NCBI GenBank assembly: GCA_963765675.1
Contig: CAVXXK010000001.1
Coordinates: 1,824,001-1,888,000 of the forward strand
Reading direction: 5' to 3'
Length of the DNA stretch: 64,000 nucleotides
Origin: an uncultured delta proteobacterium
GTDB lineage: Bacteria; Desulfobacterota; Binatia; Binatales; Binataceae
Under the pieces are notes generated by a model. The model was not told where the DNA came from and ran no database searches. It worked only from the letters and a program-made list of their open reading frames with translations. Both the position numbers and the translations under genes were made by a program. This document shows positions 29,966-38,825 of this stretch, piece after piece; the first letter of the stretch is position 1; every line of letters begins with the position of its first letter.

Positions 29966-32900
29966 ATGCGTCTTAAAAGCCTTGAGTTGATAGGCTTCAA
30001 ATCCTTTTTCGATTCCACGTCGATTAGCTTCGCGTCCGGGATGACCGCCGTTGTCGGACCCAACGGATGCGGCAAATCGAACGTGGTTGACGCGATCCGA
30101 TGGGTCCTCGGCGAGCAGGCGCCCACGCGGCTGCGCGGCAAGAGCACCGAAGATCTCATCTACATCGGCAATGATCAGAATCCCGCCGCCGGGATGGCCG
30201 AGGTATCGCTCATCCTCGAGGCCGAGGAAGGCAGTCTGCTTCCCGAGCCCTACGCCGCGCTGAGCGAGGTCGCCGTCACGCGCCGCGTCTATCGCTCGGG
30301 CGATTCCGAATATCTGCTCAACAAGATTCCGTGCCGCCTGAAGGACATCACCGAGTTCTTCATGGCCGCGCAGATTCACAGCCGCGGCTATTCGCTGATC
30401 GAGCAGGGCAAGATCGAGGAGATTATCCAGGCCAAGCCGCACGAGTTGCGCGCGATGATCGAAGAGGCCGCCGGCCTGTCGCTGTTCAAGGGACGGCGCG
30501 AGCTGTCCGAGCGCAAGCTCGAGCGGGTCAAGGAAAATCTCTCGCGCCTGAATGACGTGCTGAGCGAGATCGAGCGCCAACTGAACTACGCGCGCCGGCA
30601 AGCCAAGAAGGCCGAGCAGTACAAGCTTATCCGCGCCGAGCTGTCGGAGCTCGAGCGATTGTCCGCCGCGCGCCGGCTGCTCGAGCATCGCGATGCCGTC
30701 ACGCATGAGAGCGCGCTTGCCGATGAACTCGCCGCCGCGGCTGAGACTGCGCGCTCGGAATCCTCCGCGCTGCAAAGCGAGACCGAGCGTGCGCAGAGCG
30801 CAGCGCAATCCGCGCGCGCCGAGTTGTCGGCCGCCGAGCGCGAGCTGCAAAATCTGCACGCGGGCGCCGCCGAACGCGAACGCACCTGTGATTTCCTTAA
30901 TCGGCGCCTCGAATCGATCGCCGAGATGCAACCCACGCTCGTCGAGCGTCTTGCCGAGCTTGAAAATCGCGCGACGCTCGCGCGCGCCGCGTACGCGTGC
31001 GCAGCCGCGCGCCTCGCGCGCGAGACTGCCGCCGGCGAATCAACCGGAGAGCACGCGCTCGCCGATCTCACTCGCCGTCTCGAAGCCGCGCAGCGCGAAC
31101 TCAAGGACGGCGAGCGCCACGCCGAAGATCTGAAAGACGAATTGTCCGAGACGGTGCGCGAGGCTGCCGTGATCCGCGGACGCTTGGGCGATCTGGCCGG
31201 CGAACGTGCGGAACTCGACGAGCATCTCGCCGCGCACTCCGCCGCCGCGCCTGCGATGGCCGAGCAGAGCGCCTCCGCGCTCGCGGCGCTGGCCGACGCC
31301 GAGCGCGATATCGAACGCGTCCGCGCCGAAATTGCCGCGCTCGAAAGCGGACAGCGCGACGCCAAGGAACGCGAGATCGAAACCCGCGCCGCGCTCGAGC
31401 ATCTGGGCCAGCGCGTCGCCGCCCTGCGATCTTCGCTCTCGGCACGCACCGCGCCCGAGGCCGCGATCGCCGACGCGGGCCGCCGCCTGAACACCGTCCT
31501 CGAATCGATGAACGGCGATCGCCCGAAGACTGCTCCCGCATGGCTGCGCGACATTTTGCGCGCGCCTGCCGAGGTCGCGCCCGCGCTGCACGCCGTGCTC
31601 GGCAACGAGCTCGAGGCGGTCGTCGCCGAGTCACCGGCGTTCGCGCTGCGTGCAATCGAAATTCTGAAAGAGACTCGCGCGGGCCGCCTGAGCTTCGTGC
31701 AGGAACCGGACGCGCCCGTCACCTCGCATCCCGCGATCGACGCGCCCGGAGTCGCGGGCCGCCTGGTCGATATGCTCGAAATCGAGCCGCGCTATCGGCA
31801 CGTCGCAGAGGCGATGCTCGGGCATGTGATGGTCGCAGACGATCTCAATTCCGCGCTTGCCGCGTCGAATCTGAACGGCCACGGAACCTTGTTCGTGACT
31901 CGTGATGGCGATTTCCTAAGTCCCGGCCGCATGATCGTCGGTGGAAGCGCCGATGACTCCGCGTCCGCCGTGCGGGCCGCCGATCTTGCCGCTCGCGAAA
32001 GCGCCGAGCGCGAACTCAGTCGCGCCGAGGACGACCATCGCGAGCTCTCCGCTCGATTCGCGGAGCATCGCGGCGCGCGCGAGGCCGCCGATTCATCGCT
32101 CGCCGCCGCGCGCGCACGCGGGCACGACGCCGAGCGCGCCGTCGCCGCCGCGCGCGCCTCCGTTGCGCGTGCCGAACAGGATGCTGCTCTCGCGGCGCAG
32201 CGAATCGTCAGCGCGCGCGCCAGGCTCGAGGAGATCGCCGAGTTGAGCCTCGCATCGAACGCGAGGATGGAAGTGCTTGCGATGGCCGAGCAGGAGGCGC
32301 GCTCGCGCCTGTCGGTGCTTCGCGACCAAATCGCGGCCGACCGCGCCGCCGCCGAGCAACTCGGCGCCGCCGTGATGGAAGCCGCCGCGCGCGTCGAAGC
32401 GCGCAAGTCGGAGCTGGCCGCGATACGCCTGGAGCTGGCCCACGCGATCGAGACCGCGGGGCAGATCGAGTCGCAAATCGGGGAGCATCGCGAGAGCCTC
32501 GAACGGGCGCGCGCCGAGCGCGTCGAATTCGAGCGCGAGCTCGAAAAGATTGCGGAGCAGGGCGCCGCCGCACGTGCCAGAGAAACCGAACTCGCCGCCG
32601 CCGTCGAGCGGCTCGGCGCCGACTGCGCCGAACGCGAGGCGGAGCTCGAATCCGCGCGCGTCCGGCTCAAGGCGGCGCAGGAGCGCCTGCGCGCGCTCGA
32701 GAGCGACGCGATCGAATGCAATCTGCGCCGCGAGCGCGCGCGCACACTCGCCGAAGAGCTCGAACGCAGCTTCCGCGAAAAGTTCGAGCTTGATTTCGAT
32801 TCCGCCGCCGCCGAGTTGATCGCCGCGCTCGAGGCTCGCGACGCCGCTGCCGACGATTTGCGGCTGGCGGAACTGCGCGCCCGCGCGGAACGGATCGGCG

Positions 32901-33496
32901 AAGTCAATCTCGCAGCCGACAGCGAGGTCAAGGAGCTCGAAGAGCGCTCGGCCGCTCTGGGAGCCGAGAAGACCGATCTCGAATCCGCGTTGCAGGACCT
33001 GACCCAAACCATCACCAAGCTCAATCGCGAGGCGCGCCGCCGCTTCGCCGAGACCTTCGAGGGCGCCGCGAAGAATTTCGAGGAGCTGTTCCCCAAGCTG
33101 ATGCGCGGCGGAAAGGGCCGCCTCGAATTGATCGAAGCGACGGAAGTCTCCGAGGCCGGAGTCACAATCCTGGTGCAGCCCGCCGGCAAGAAGGTCAAGG
33201 AGATCGGCCTGCTCTCGGGCGGCGAGAAGGCGCTCTCCGCGATGGCGCTGGTGTTCTCGCTGTTCCTGCTTAACCCCAGCCCGTTCTGCGTGATGGACGA
33301 AGTCGACGCGCCGCTGGACGAGTTCAGCCTCGCGCGCTTCACCGATCTGCTGGCCGAGCTCAAGGATCGCTCGCAATTTATCGTGATCACGCACAATCAG
33401 CGCACGATGCAGCGCGCTGATCAGATTCACGGCGTAACGATGGACCGCCCCGGAATCTCGAAGATCATCTCGCTGAAGATCCCCGCCGCCGCATAG
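29966..33496 (+). CDS. smc: Chromosome segregation protein SMC
   Basis: GFKSF, GPNGCGKSN, coiled coils, hinge G-x5-G-x4-GG, LSGGEK, MDEVDAPLD, ITH. Confidence 0.97.
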   Translation: MRLKSLELIGFKSFFDSTSISFASGMTAVVGPNGCGKSNVVDAIRWVLGEQAPTRLRGKSTEDLIYIGNDQNPAAGMAEVSLILEAEEGSLLPEPYAALSEVAVTRRVYRSGDSEYLLNKIPCRLKDITEFFMAAQIHSRGYSLIEQGKIEEIIQAKPHELRAMIEEAAGLSLFKGRRELSERKLERVKENLSRLNDVLSEIERQLNYARRQAKKAEQYKLIRAELSELERLSAARRLLEHRDAVTHESALADELAAAAETARSESSALQSETERAQSAAQSARAELSAAERELQNLHAGAAERERTCDFLNRRLESIAEMQPTLVERLAELENRATLARAAYACAAARLARETAAGESTGEHALADLTRRLEAAQRELKDGERHAEDLKDELSETVREAAVIRGRLGDLAGERAELDEHLAAHSAAAPAMAEQSASALAALADAERDIERVRAEIAALESGQRDAKEREIETRAALEHLGQRVAALRSSLSARTAPEAAIADAGRRLNTVLESMNGDRPKTAPAWLRDILRAPAEVAPALHAVLGNELEAVVAESPAFALRAIEILKETRAGRLSFVQEPDAPVTSHPAIDAPGVAGRLVDMLEIEPRYRHVAEAMLGHVMVADDLNSALAASNLNGHGTLFVTRDGDFLSPGRMIVGGSADDSASAVRAADLAARESAERELSRAEDDHRELSARFAEHRGAREAADSSLAAARARGHDAERAVAAARASVARAEQDAALAAQRIVSARARLEEIAELSLASNARMEVLAMAEQEARSRLSVLRDQIAADRAAAEQLGAAVMEAAARVEARKSELAAIRLELAHAIETAGQIESQIGEHRESLERARAERVEFERELEKIAEQGAAARARETELAAAVERLGADCAEREAELESARVRLKAAQERLRALESDAIECNLRRERARTLAEELERSFREKFELDFDSAAAELIAALEARDAAADDLRLAELRARAERIGEVNLAADSEVKELEERSAALGAEKTDLESALQDLTQTITKLNREARRRFAETFEGAAKNFEELFPKLMRGGKGRLELIEATEVSEAGVTILVQPAGKKVKEIGLLSGGEKALSAMALVFSLFLLNPSPFCVMDEVDAPLDEFSLARFTDLLAELKDRSQFIVITHNQRTMQRADQIHGVTMDRPGISKIISLKIPAAA

Positions 33497-33515
33497 GGCC
33501 GGGCCAATCTTTTAT

Positions 33516-33786
33516 TCCCTCTCCCAAAGAGTTTGGGAGGTACCACTGGCACCCGGGTGGCGCGCGCTGCGCGCAACGGGTGAGGGACCGACAGCAGAGA
33601 ATCTTACCCGCTTTGATTACAGCGCCAAGCTCGCGAGTTGTTGACATTTGGTAGCGCCCCGCTCGACGGCTATCGCGCCATATCAGAATCTTATTTCTGG
33701 CGGTCCCTCACCCGCGTGTCACGGCGATTGCTAAGAGGAGCAATCGCCGCGCCGCGCACCCTCCTCCCAATCTGTGGGAGAGGGAC
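33516..33786. repeat. Palindromic element (family E, CCCTCTCCC/GGGAGAGGG type), copy 1
   Basis: Terminal tccctctccca...tgggagaggga; inner gggtgagggacc/ggtccctcaccc; reverse-oriented relative of 41087. Confidence 0.8.
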
Positions 33787-33875
33787 AATCCGGAAGCGCG
33801 TCTCGGGTATCGCGCGGCGCTCGCCACTGCCGCCGCGACTTGTGCTAAACCTTAATCGGACGGAGGACGACCCTG

Positions 33876-34772
33876 ATGGATACCGCTACCGATACGCCAA
33901 AAGCGCTGAAGCATCTGCCCGCGACTACATCCGGAGAGGAGATCGCCGCGGCGCTCACCGCCGATGGAGCTGTGGTCGTTGATAACGTCGTCTCGGCCGC
34001 CGCGATGGACGCGTTGCGCGTCGAGCTGCAGCCATTTATCGACGCGACCGCCGCTGGCCCGGACGATTTCTCTGGGCGGCGCACCAGACGCACCGGAGGA
34101 CTGATCGCGCGATCGCCGATGAGCCGTGGCTTCGTGATGCATCCGCTGGTGCTCGCGGCGTGCGCGAAATTTCTCGGCCACGCGACCAGCTACCAGATCC
34201 ATCTGACCCAGGTAATTGCGATCGGCCCGAACGAGCCGGCACAGACGATTCATCGCGACCAGTGGGCGTTCGACTTCTTCCCCTTCCCCAAGGGTTACGA
34301 GGTGCAATGCAACACGATCTGGGCCATGACCGATTTCACCGAAGAGAACGGCGCGACCCGCGTGATCCCCGGCAGCAATCATCTTGAAGATCGCCTGCGC
34401 TTCGAGGAGAAGGATTCGATCCCCGCGGAGATGACGAAGGGCTCGATCCTGTTCTACTCTGGCAGCGTCTATCACGGCGGCGGCGCGAATCGATCGAACG
34501 ATACGCGCTACGGCATCAACATCACCTACAACGTCTCGTGGCTTCGGCAGGAAGAGAATCAGTATCTCGCGACGCCGCCCGAGATCGCGCGCACGCTGCC
34601 GGTCGATTTATTGCGCCTGATGGGCTACAGGCTCGGCGCGTACGCGCTCGGCTATGTCGACGACTTGCGCGATCCGATCGAGATAGTGCGCCCGGATCTA
34701 AAACGCACCGGCTTCTCAGCGAAGCCCGACGCGCAACCCAAACCGCGAGTGGATCTCAAACACGGCGCATAG
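33876..34772 (+). CDS. Phytanoyl-CoA dioxygenase (PhyH) family Fe(II)/2OG enzyme
   Basis: Q.IHRD, DFTEENGATRVIPGS, HGGGAN, R.G, WLRQEEN. Confidence 0.92.
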   Translation: MDTATDTPKALKHLPATTSGEEIAAALTADGAVVVDNVVSAAAMDALRVELQPFIDATAAGPDDFSGRRTRRTGGLIARSPMSRGFVMHPLVLAACAKFLGHATSYQIHLTQVIAIGPNEPAQTIHRDQWAFDFFPFPKGYEVQCNTIWAMTDFTEENGATRVIPGSNHLEDRLRFEEKDSIPAEMTKGSILFYSGSVYHGGGANRSNDTRYGINITYNVSWLRQEENQYLATPPEIARTLPVDLLRLMGYRLGAYALGYVDDLRDPIEIVRPDLKRTGFSAKPDAQPKPRVDLKHGA

Positions 34773-34773
34773 C

Positions 34774-35008
34774 CTGATCCCTCGCCCTGCAAGGGAGAGG
34801 TAAGGTGAGGGACCTTGTTCAGCGCCGCGCGAGAGCGCGGCGCGATTAAAGGTCTATTCCGTGAAGGATCTCCGCGAAGCGATTAGTGCGAAGCCTTCGC
34901 GTTGGTTGCACTAATCGCTTCGCGGAGATCCTTCGCCTACGGCTCAGGATGACAACAGCGGCGGGTTTGCGAAAAAATCGACATCCTCTTGCAGGGCGAG
35001 GGAGCAGA
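34774..35008. repeat. Composite palindromic element (family D, copy 1)
   Basis: Core gaaggatctccgcgaagcgattagtgc...gcactaatcgcttcgcggagatccttc inside ctgatccctcgccctgcaag / cttgcagggcgagggagcag; core recurs at ~58150. Confidence 0.85.
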
Positions 35009-35013
35009 GGTCA

Positions 35014-35856
35014 CTAGATCAAACTGTAGCCGCTGCCTTTGCGATCGAAGCCGATTCCGCGACCTTCTTTCAAAAGCCCGTACTCCTTCATCAGCTCCTG
35101 GCTGTAGGTCACCCGGCCGGTGATTTTCTTTACCGGCTCGGTCGCGAGGATCAGCGTCGAGCGCGCCATGTATTCGAGCGGCTCGCCGTCCTGCGGTCCC
35201 GTCACCAGATGGTGATAGACGGTGCCGGGCGTCGCCACCACTTCCGACGGCGACAGGCAAGTGACGGAGATGTTGTCAGCATAGACCTCGGACGCGAGCC
35301 CCTGCGTCATCCGCTCTAGCGCCGCTTTCTCCGCGCCGTAGCAGACGCTCCCCATGTGCAGCTCTTTGCCCTCGTATGGTCCGCGGCCCGGTCCGATCGC
35401 GGCGCCCGACGAGATGTTGACGATCGAGCCGGACTTGCGCGCAATCATGTCCTGCAGCACGAGGCGCGAGAGCATGAACGGCCCGTGCACGTTCACCTGA
35501 AACGAGCGCATCCACCGCTTGGGCTGGAAATCCTTTACCGGGATGAAGTAGGTCAGCGCCGCGTTGTTGACGAGGACATCGACGGGTCCATAGATGCGAT
35601 GAGTCTCGGCGACCAACTTCTCGCAATCTTCTTCGGAGGAGACGTCGCAGGTGACCGCGGACGCCTGCCCGCCCGCTTTCTTGATCGCTGCGACCGTGGT
35701 TTCGAGCGAACCTTCCAACGGGTGGTCGCCTTCGTGCAATGTGCGTGCACTGCAGACCACGCGCGCACCTTCCGCCGCGAAGAGATCGGCGATCGCCTTT
35801 CCGATTCCGCGGCTCGCGCCGGTCACGATCGCAACTTTGCCCTCAAGCTTGCCCAT
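35014..35856 (-). CDS. SDR family oxidoreductase
   Basis: TGASRGIG, NNAA, NISS, YGAEK. Confidence 0.92.
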   Translation of the reverse strand: MGKLEGKVAIVTGASRGIGKAIADLFAAEGARVVCSARTLHEGDHPLEGSLETTVAAIKKAGGQASAVTCDVSSEEDCEKLVAETHRIYGPVDVLVNNAALTYFIPVKDFQPKRWMRSFQVNVHGPFMLSRLVLQDMIARKSGSIVNISSGAAIGPGRGPYEGKELHMGSVCYGAEKAALERMTQGLASEVYADNISVTCLSPSEVVATPGTVYHHLVTGPQDGEPLEYMARSTLILATEPVKKITGRVTYSQELMKEYGLLKEGRGIGFDRKGSGYSLI

Positions 35857-36058
35857 CGGATTAACTCCTCTGCGCGCCGTCGCGGGCGCATCGAAGATTG
35901 TTATAGCCGCTTATCGGTCGCCGCTTCCAGCGCACGCTGACGCGCGACGCGGCTGTGGACTCGCGATGCGCCGGTTTCGCGCCCGCGTTTCAGATCGTGC
36001 CGCGATGCTGTTATTCTAGCGTCGCGCCGTGCTCGCGGCGCTTTTCCGAGGCGAGATC

Positions 36059-37312
36059 GTGACCGCAGTTGACACCCTCATAATTATTTTCATCGCGATT
36101 GTCGTAGGGGCCGGCATCACCTTCGTCGGCGTGCTCATCCAATGGAGCCTGCGCAAGGCGCGGCCCAGCACGCTGATTCCTCCGCAATCCGCGCCTCCGG
36201 AAATGCCTCCGATAACGCCTCCGCTCGACGATCTGCAACAACCGCCGCCGGCCGCGCCGCACGGGCCGTCCGCGGCGCCATCGATCGAGCCCGGGCCGCC
36301 AATCGTCGCGGAAGAGATTCCGCCGCCAGAAGCTCCGAAAGTATCGGCTCCGTCCGCTGAAGTTGTCCGAGCGCCGGTGCGAATCGGGATCGGGCTGCGC
36401 AAGACTCGCGAGAATTTCCTCGCCCGAATTCGCTCCGCGATCACGGGGGCGAAAAAAGCCGACGAGATTTACGAAGGGCTTGAAGAAGCTTTGATCGCCG
36501 CCGATGTCGGCGTCGAATCCTCGATGAAACTTGCTGCCGCGGTGCGCGAACGGCTGGGTAACGACAATCGTCCCGACGTGATTCGCGACGCGCTAAAGGC
36601 GGAGATCTCGACGATGCTCGCCAGCGCCGACCGTGCACCCGCCGCGCCGGCGCAAGGCCCGATCGTGATCATGCTGGTGGGCGTCAACGGCGTCGGCAAG
36701 ACCACGACCGTGGCCAAGCTTGCGGCTCGGATGCGAGCCGAGCGCGGCGCGGTGGTCGTCGCGGCGGCGGATACTTTTCGCGCGGCGGCGATCGAGCAGC
36801 TCGAGGTCTGGTGCGACCGGGTTGGCGCGGACATGATCAAGCATCAGCCGGGCAGCGACCCTGCCGCCGTCGCCTTCGACGCGGTCAGGGCGGGAATCGC
36901 GCGCAAGGCCGGCGCGGTGATAATCGACACCGCGGGGCGCTTGCAGACCAAGGTTAACCTGATGGAGGAGCTCAAGAAGATCGCGCGAGTGGTCGCGCGC
37001 GAGCTGCCCGGCGCGCCGCACGAGACCTGGCTGGTGCTCGACGCGAACACCGGCCAGAACGCGCTCAGCCAGGCGCGGATTTTCGGCGACGCAGTGCCTC
37101 TGACGGGCGTGGTCCTGGCCAAGCTCGACAGCACCGCCAAGGGCGGCGTGATCGTCGCGATCGCGGACCGGCTCGGCGTGCCGGTCAGGTTCGTTGGCTT
37201 GGGCGAAGGAATCGAGGATCTGCGGGAGTTCGATGCGCACGAATTCGTCGAGGCGCTGTTCGAGAGCGCCGACGGCGAGAGCGTGAGTGCAAGTGGTTCT
37301 TATGCGGCTTGA
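36059..37312 (+). CDS. ftsY: SRP receptor FtsY with N-terminal TM and Pro-rich linker
   Basis: GVNGVGKTTT, DTFRAAA, DTAGR, KLDSTAKGG, GE...DL..F. Confidence 0.96.
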   Translation: MTAVDTLIIIFIAIVVGAGITFVGVLIQWSLRKARPSTLIPPQSAPPEMPPITPPLDDLQQPPPAAPHGPSAAPSIEPGPPIVAEEIPPPEAPKVSAPSAEVVRAPVRIGIGLRKTRENFLARIRSAITGAKKADEIYEGLEEALIAADVGVESSMKLAAAVRERLGNDNRPDVIRDALKAEISTMLASADRAPAAPAQGPIVIMLVGVNGVGKTTTVAKLAARMRAERGAVVVAAADTFRAAAIEQLEVWCDRVGADMIKHQPGSDPAAVAFDAVRAGIARKAGAVIIDTAGRLQTKVNLMEELKKIARVVARELPGAPHETWLVLDANTGQNALSQARIFGDAVPLTGVVLAKLDSTAKGGVIVAIADRLGVPVRFVGLGEGIEDLREFDAHEFVEALFESADGESVSASGSYAA

Positions 37313-37338
37313 CAGGCTGGTTTATCGAAAATTAAACT
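37309..37338 (+). promoter_or_regulatory. Sigma70-like promoter upstream of zapB
   Basis: TTGACA-18 nt-TAAACT in an AT-rich patch 20 nt before the ATG. Confidence 0.55.
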
Positions 37339-37358
37339 AAAGGTAGAAGTTTTGTCTT

Positions 37359-37613
37359 ATGGCGACCCCGATTGACGTTCTAAAGCAGCTAGACGAGCGG
37401 ATTCAATCCTCGGTAAACCGGCTCCAGCAGTTGCGCCGCGAAAATGATGCACTCGCGCAGAAGCTGGCCGAAAGCGAAAAGCGCCTGGCCGAGGCCCAGG
37501 CCCAAGCGCGCCAGTTCGAGCAGGAGCGCAAGCTGCACGAGACCGAGCGTACCGAGGTGCGCACGAGGATCGAAAAAATCCTGTCGAGGTTTGACGGGAT
37601 AGAACTCGGATAG
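37359..37613 (+). CDS. zapB: ZapB-like coiled-coil cell-division protein
   Basis: 84-aa coiled coil (LDERIQ...LRREN..L...VRTRIEKIL) directly upstream of zapA. Confidence 0.7.
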   Translation: MATPIDVLKQLDERIQSSVNRLQQLRRENDALAQKLAESEKRLAEAQAQARQFEQERKLHETERTEVRTRIEKILSRFDGIELG

Positions 37614-37633
37614 AGACGTAATTCGGCCGCGAT

Positions 37634-37915
37634 ATGAAAGGCGTCAACGTCGAAATAATGGGCCAGGCCCTGACCGTCGCCAGCGATGGCGGCGACACTT
37701 ACGTGCAAGACCTGGCCCACGCGGTAGACGCCAAGATCAAGGAGATTCGTGGCGGCGGAACGCAAGCAGTCAGCTCGATTCATCTTGCGATCCTGGCCGC
37801 GCTTAACTTCGCCGACGAGCTCGAACGCCTGCGCCTTGAGCATCAGGCATTGGTCGAGCGTATCGAGGCGATGAACAAGAGGCTCAGCGCAGCAATTGAC
37901 GGCACCCAGGCATAG
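37634..37915 (+). CDS. zapA: Cell-division protein ZapA
   Basis: V.VEIMG, LA..VD.KI.EI, LAILAALN.ADEL. Confidence 0.92.
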   Translation: MKGVNVEIMGQALTVASDGGDTYVQDLAHAVDAKIKEIRGGGTQAVSSIHLAILAALNFADELERLRLEHQALVERIEAMNKRLSAAIDGTQA

Positions 37916-37965
37916 CCACAGCTGGCGCGCAGCCCAGGTAATGGATTTCCCGAAGTTTACGGTAC

Positions 37966-38170
37966 GGGGGCGGGGAAGTCGGTTTGATAGCAACTAACCA
38001 CAACGCGAGACCAAATTTTTTTGGGCCCGTGAGAGGTTTTGTAAAGGCCGTGGCGATTAGATGCGGTAAGCATCGTGGCGCGCTGATGGGCGCGCCGCCC
38101 GGGGAAGACCCGGCGCCATCCACGATACGGCACCGATGCGTTCAGTGGTTGAGTAGTTAATCCCGCTCCC
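37966..38170 (+). ncRNA. ssrS: Probable 6S RNA
   Basis: Sits in the canonical zapA-[ssrS]-ygfA position. ~205 nt with rod-like end pairing (gggggcggg/cccgctccc, aaccac/gtggtt, aacgc/gcgtt, gccgt/acggc) around an A/U-rich bubble. Boundaries approximate. Confidence 0.6.
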
Positions 38171-38186
38171 GCCATGGCGAGGGTCC

Positions 38187-38825
38187 GTGGCGGACGAAAA
38201 GAAATACCTGCGCGCGATCCTTACGGACTGCCGCGCCGCTGTCACCTCCGAGTGCGCACGCGCGCGTTCGCAGGATATCGCGCGGCGTTTGCTCGCCGCG
38301 GATTTCTACCGCCGCGCGCAAACAGTTCTGCTCTACGCCTCCACGGACAACGAAGTCTCGACCGAATCGATCATGGCGGACGCGCTCGCGTCGCGGAAAA
38401 CGGTGATGCTGCCGCGCTACGACCGCGCTCGCCGCCGTTACGAGGCTGCGCGTGTGGCCGCGATCGAGGCGCTCGCTCCAGGAGCATTCGGAATTCTCGA
38501 ACCGCCGGCGGACGCGCCTCCAGCTTCGCCCGGCGATCTCGCCGGCGCCCTCGCGTGCGTTCCCGGCGTCGCGTTCGGAAAGATGGGCCAGCGGCTGGGA
38601 CGCGGCCAAGGCCATTATGATCGTTTCCTCGCGGAGTTCTGCGCGGAAGCGATCACGGTCGGTCTTGCCTATTCGTTCCAGCTGCTCGATCGGATTCCCG
38701 AAGAATCATTCGATCGGCGGCTCAACTTGATCGTCACCGAGTCTGCCGTTTATCGCGCCGCGGATGCTGAAGCGCGTCCGCGCGATCCGGCGGGCCAAGG
38801 AGGTACACCAGGGTGGCTCTCATAA
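38187..38825 (+). CDS. ygfA: 5-formyltetrahydrofolate cyclo-ligase
   Basis: K..LR, Y....NEV, FGILEP, VPGVAF...GQRLGRGQGHYDRFL. Confidence 0.93.
   Translation: MADEKKYLRAILTDCRAAVTSECARARSQDIARRLLAADFYRRAQTVLLYASTDNEVSTESIMADALASRKTVMLPRYDRARRRYEAARVAAIEALAPGAFGILEPPADAPPASPGDLAGALACVPGVAFGKMGQRLGRGQGHYDRFLAEFCAEAITVGLAYSFQLLDRIPEESFDRRLNLIVTESAVYRAADAEARPRDPAGQGGTPGWLS

Noticed and set aside
29171-33496. Wadjet/Lamassu-type defence system
   Set aside because: SMC is the canonical hinge-containing condensin near ftsY; no kleisin/KITE or effector cassette lies alongside.
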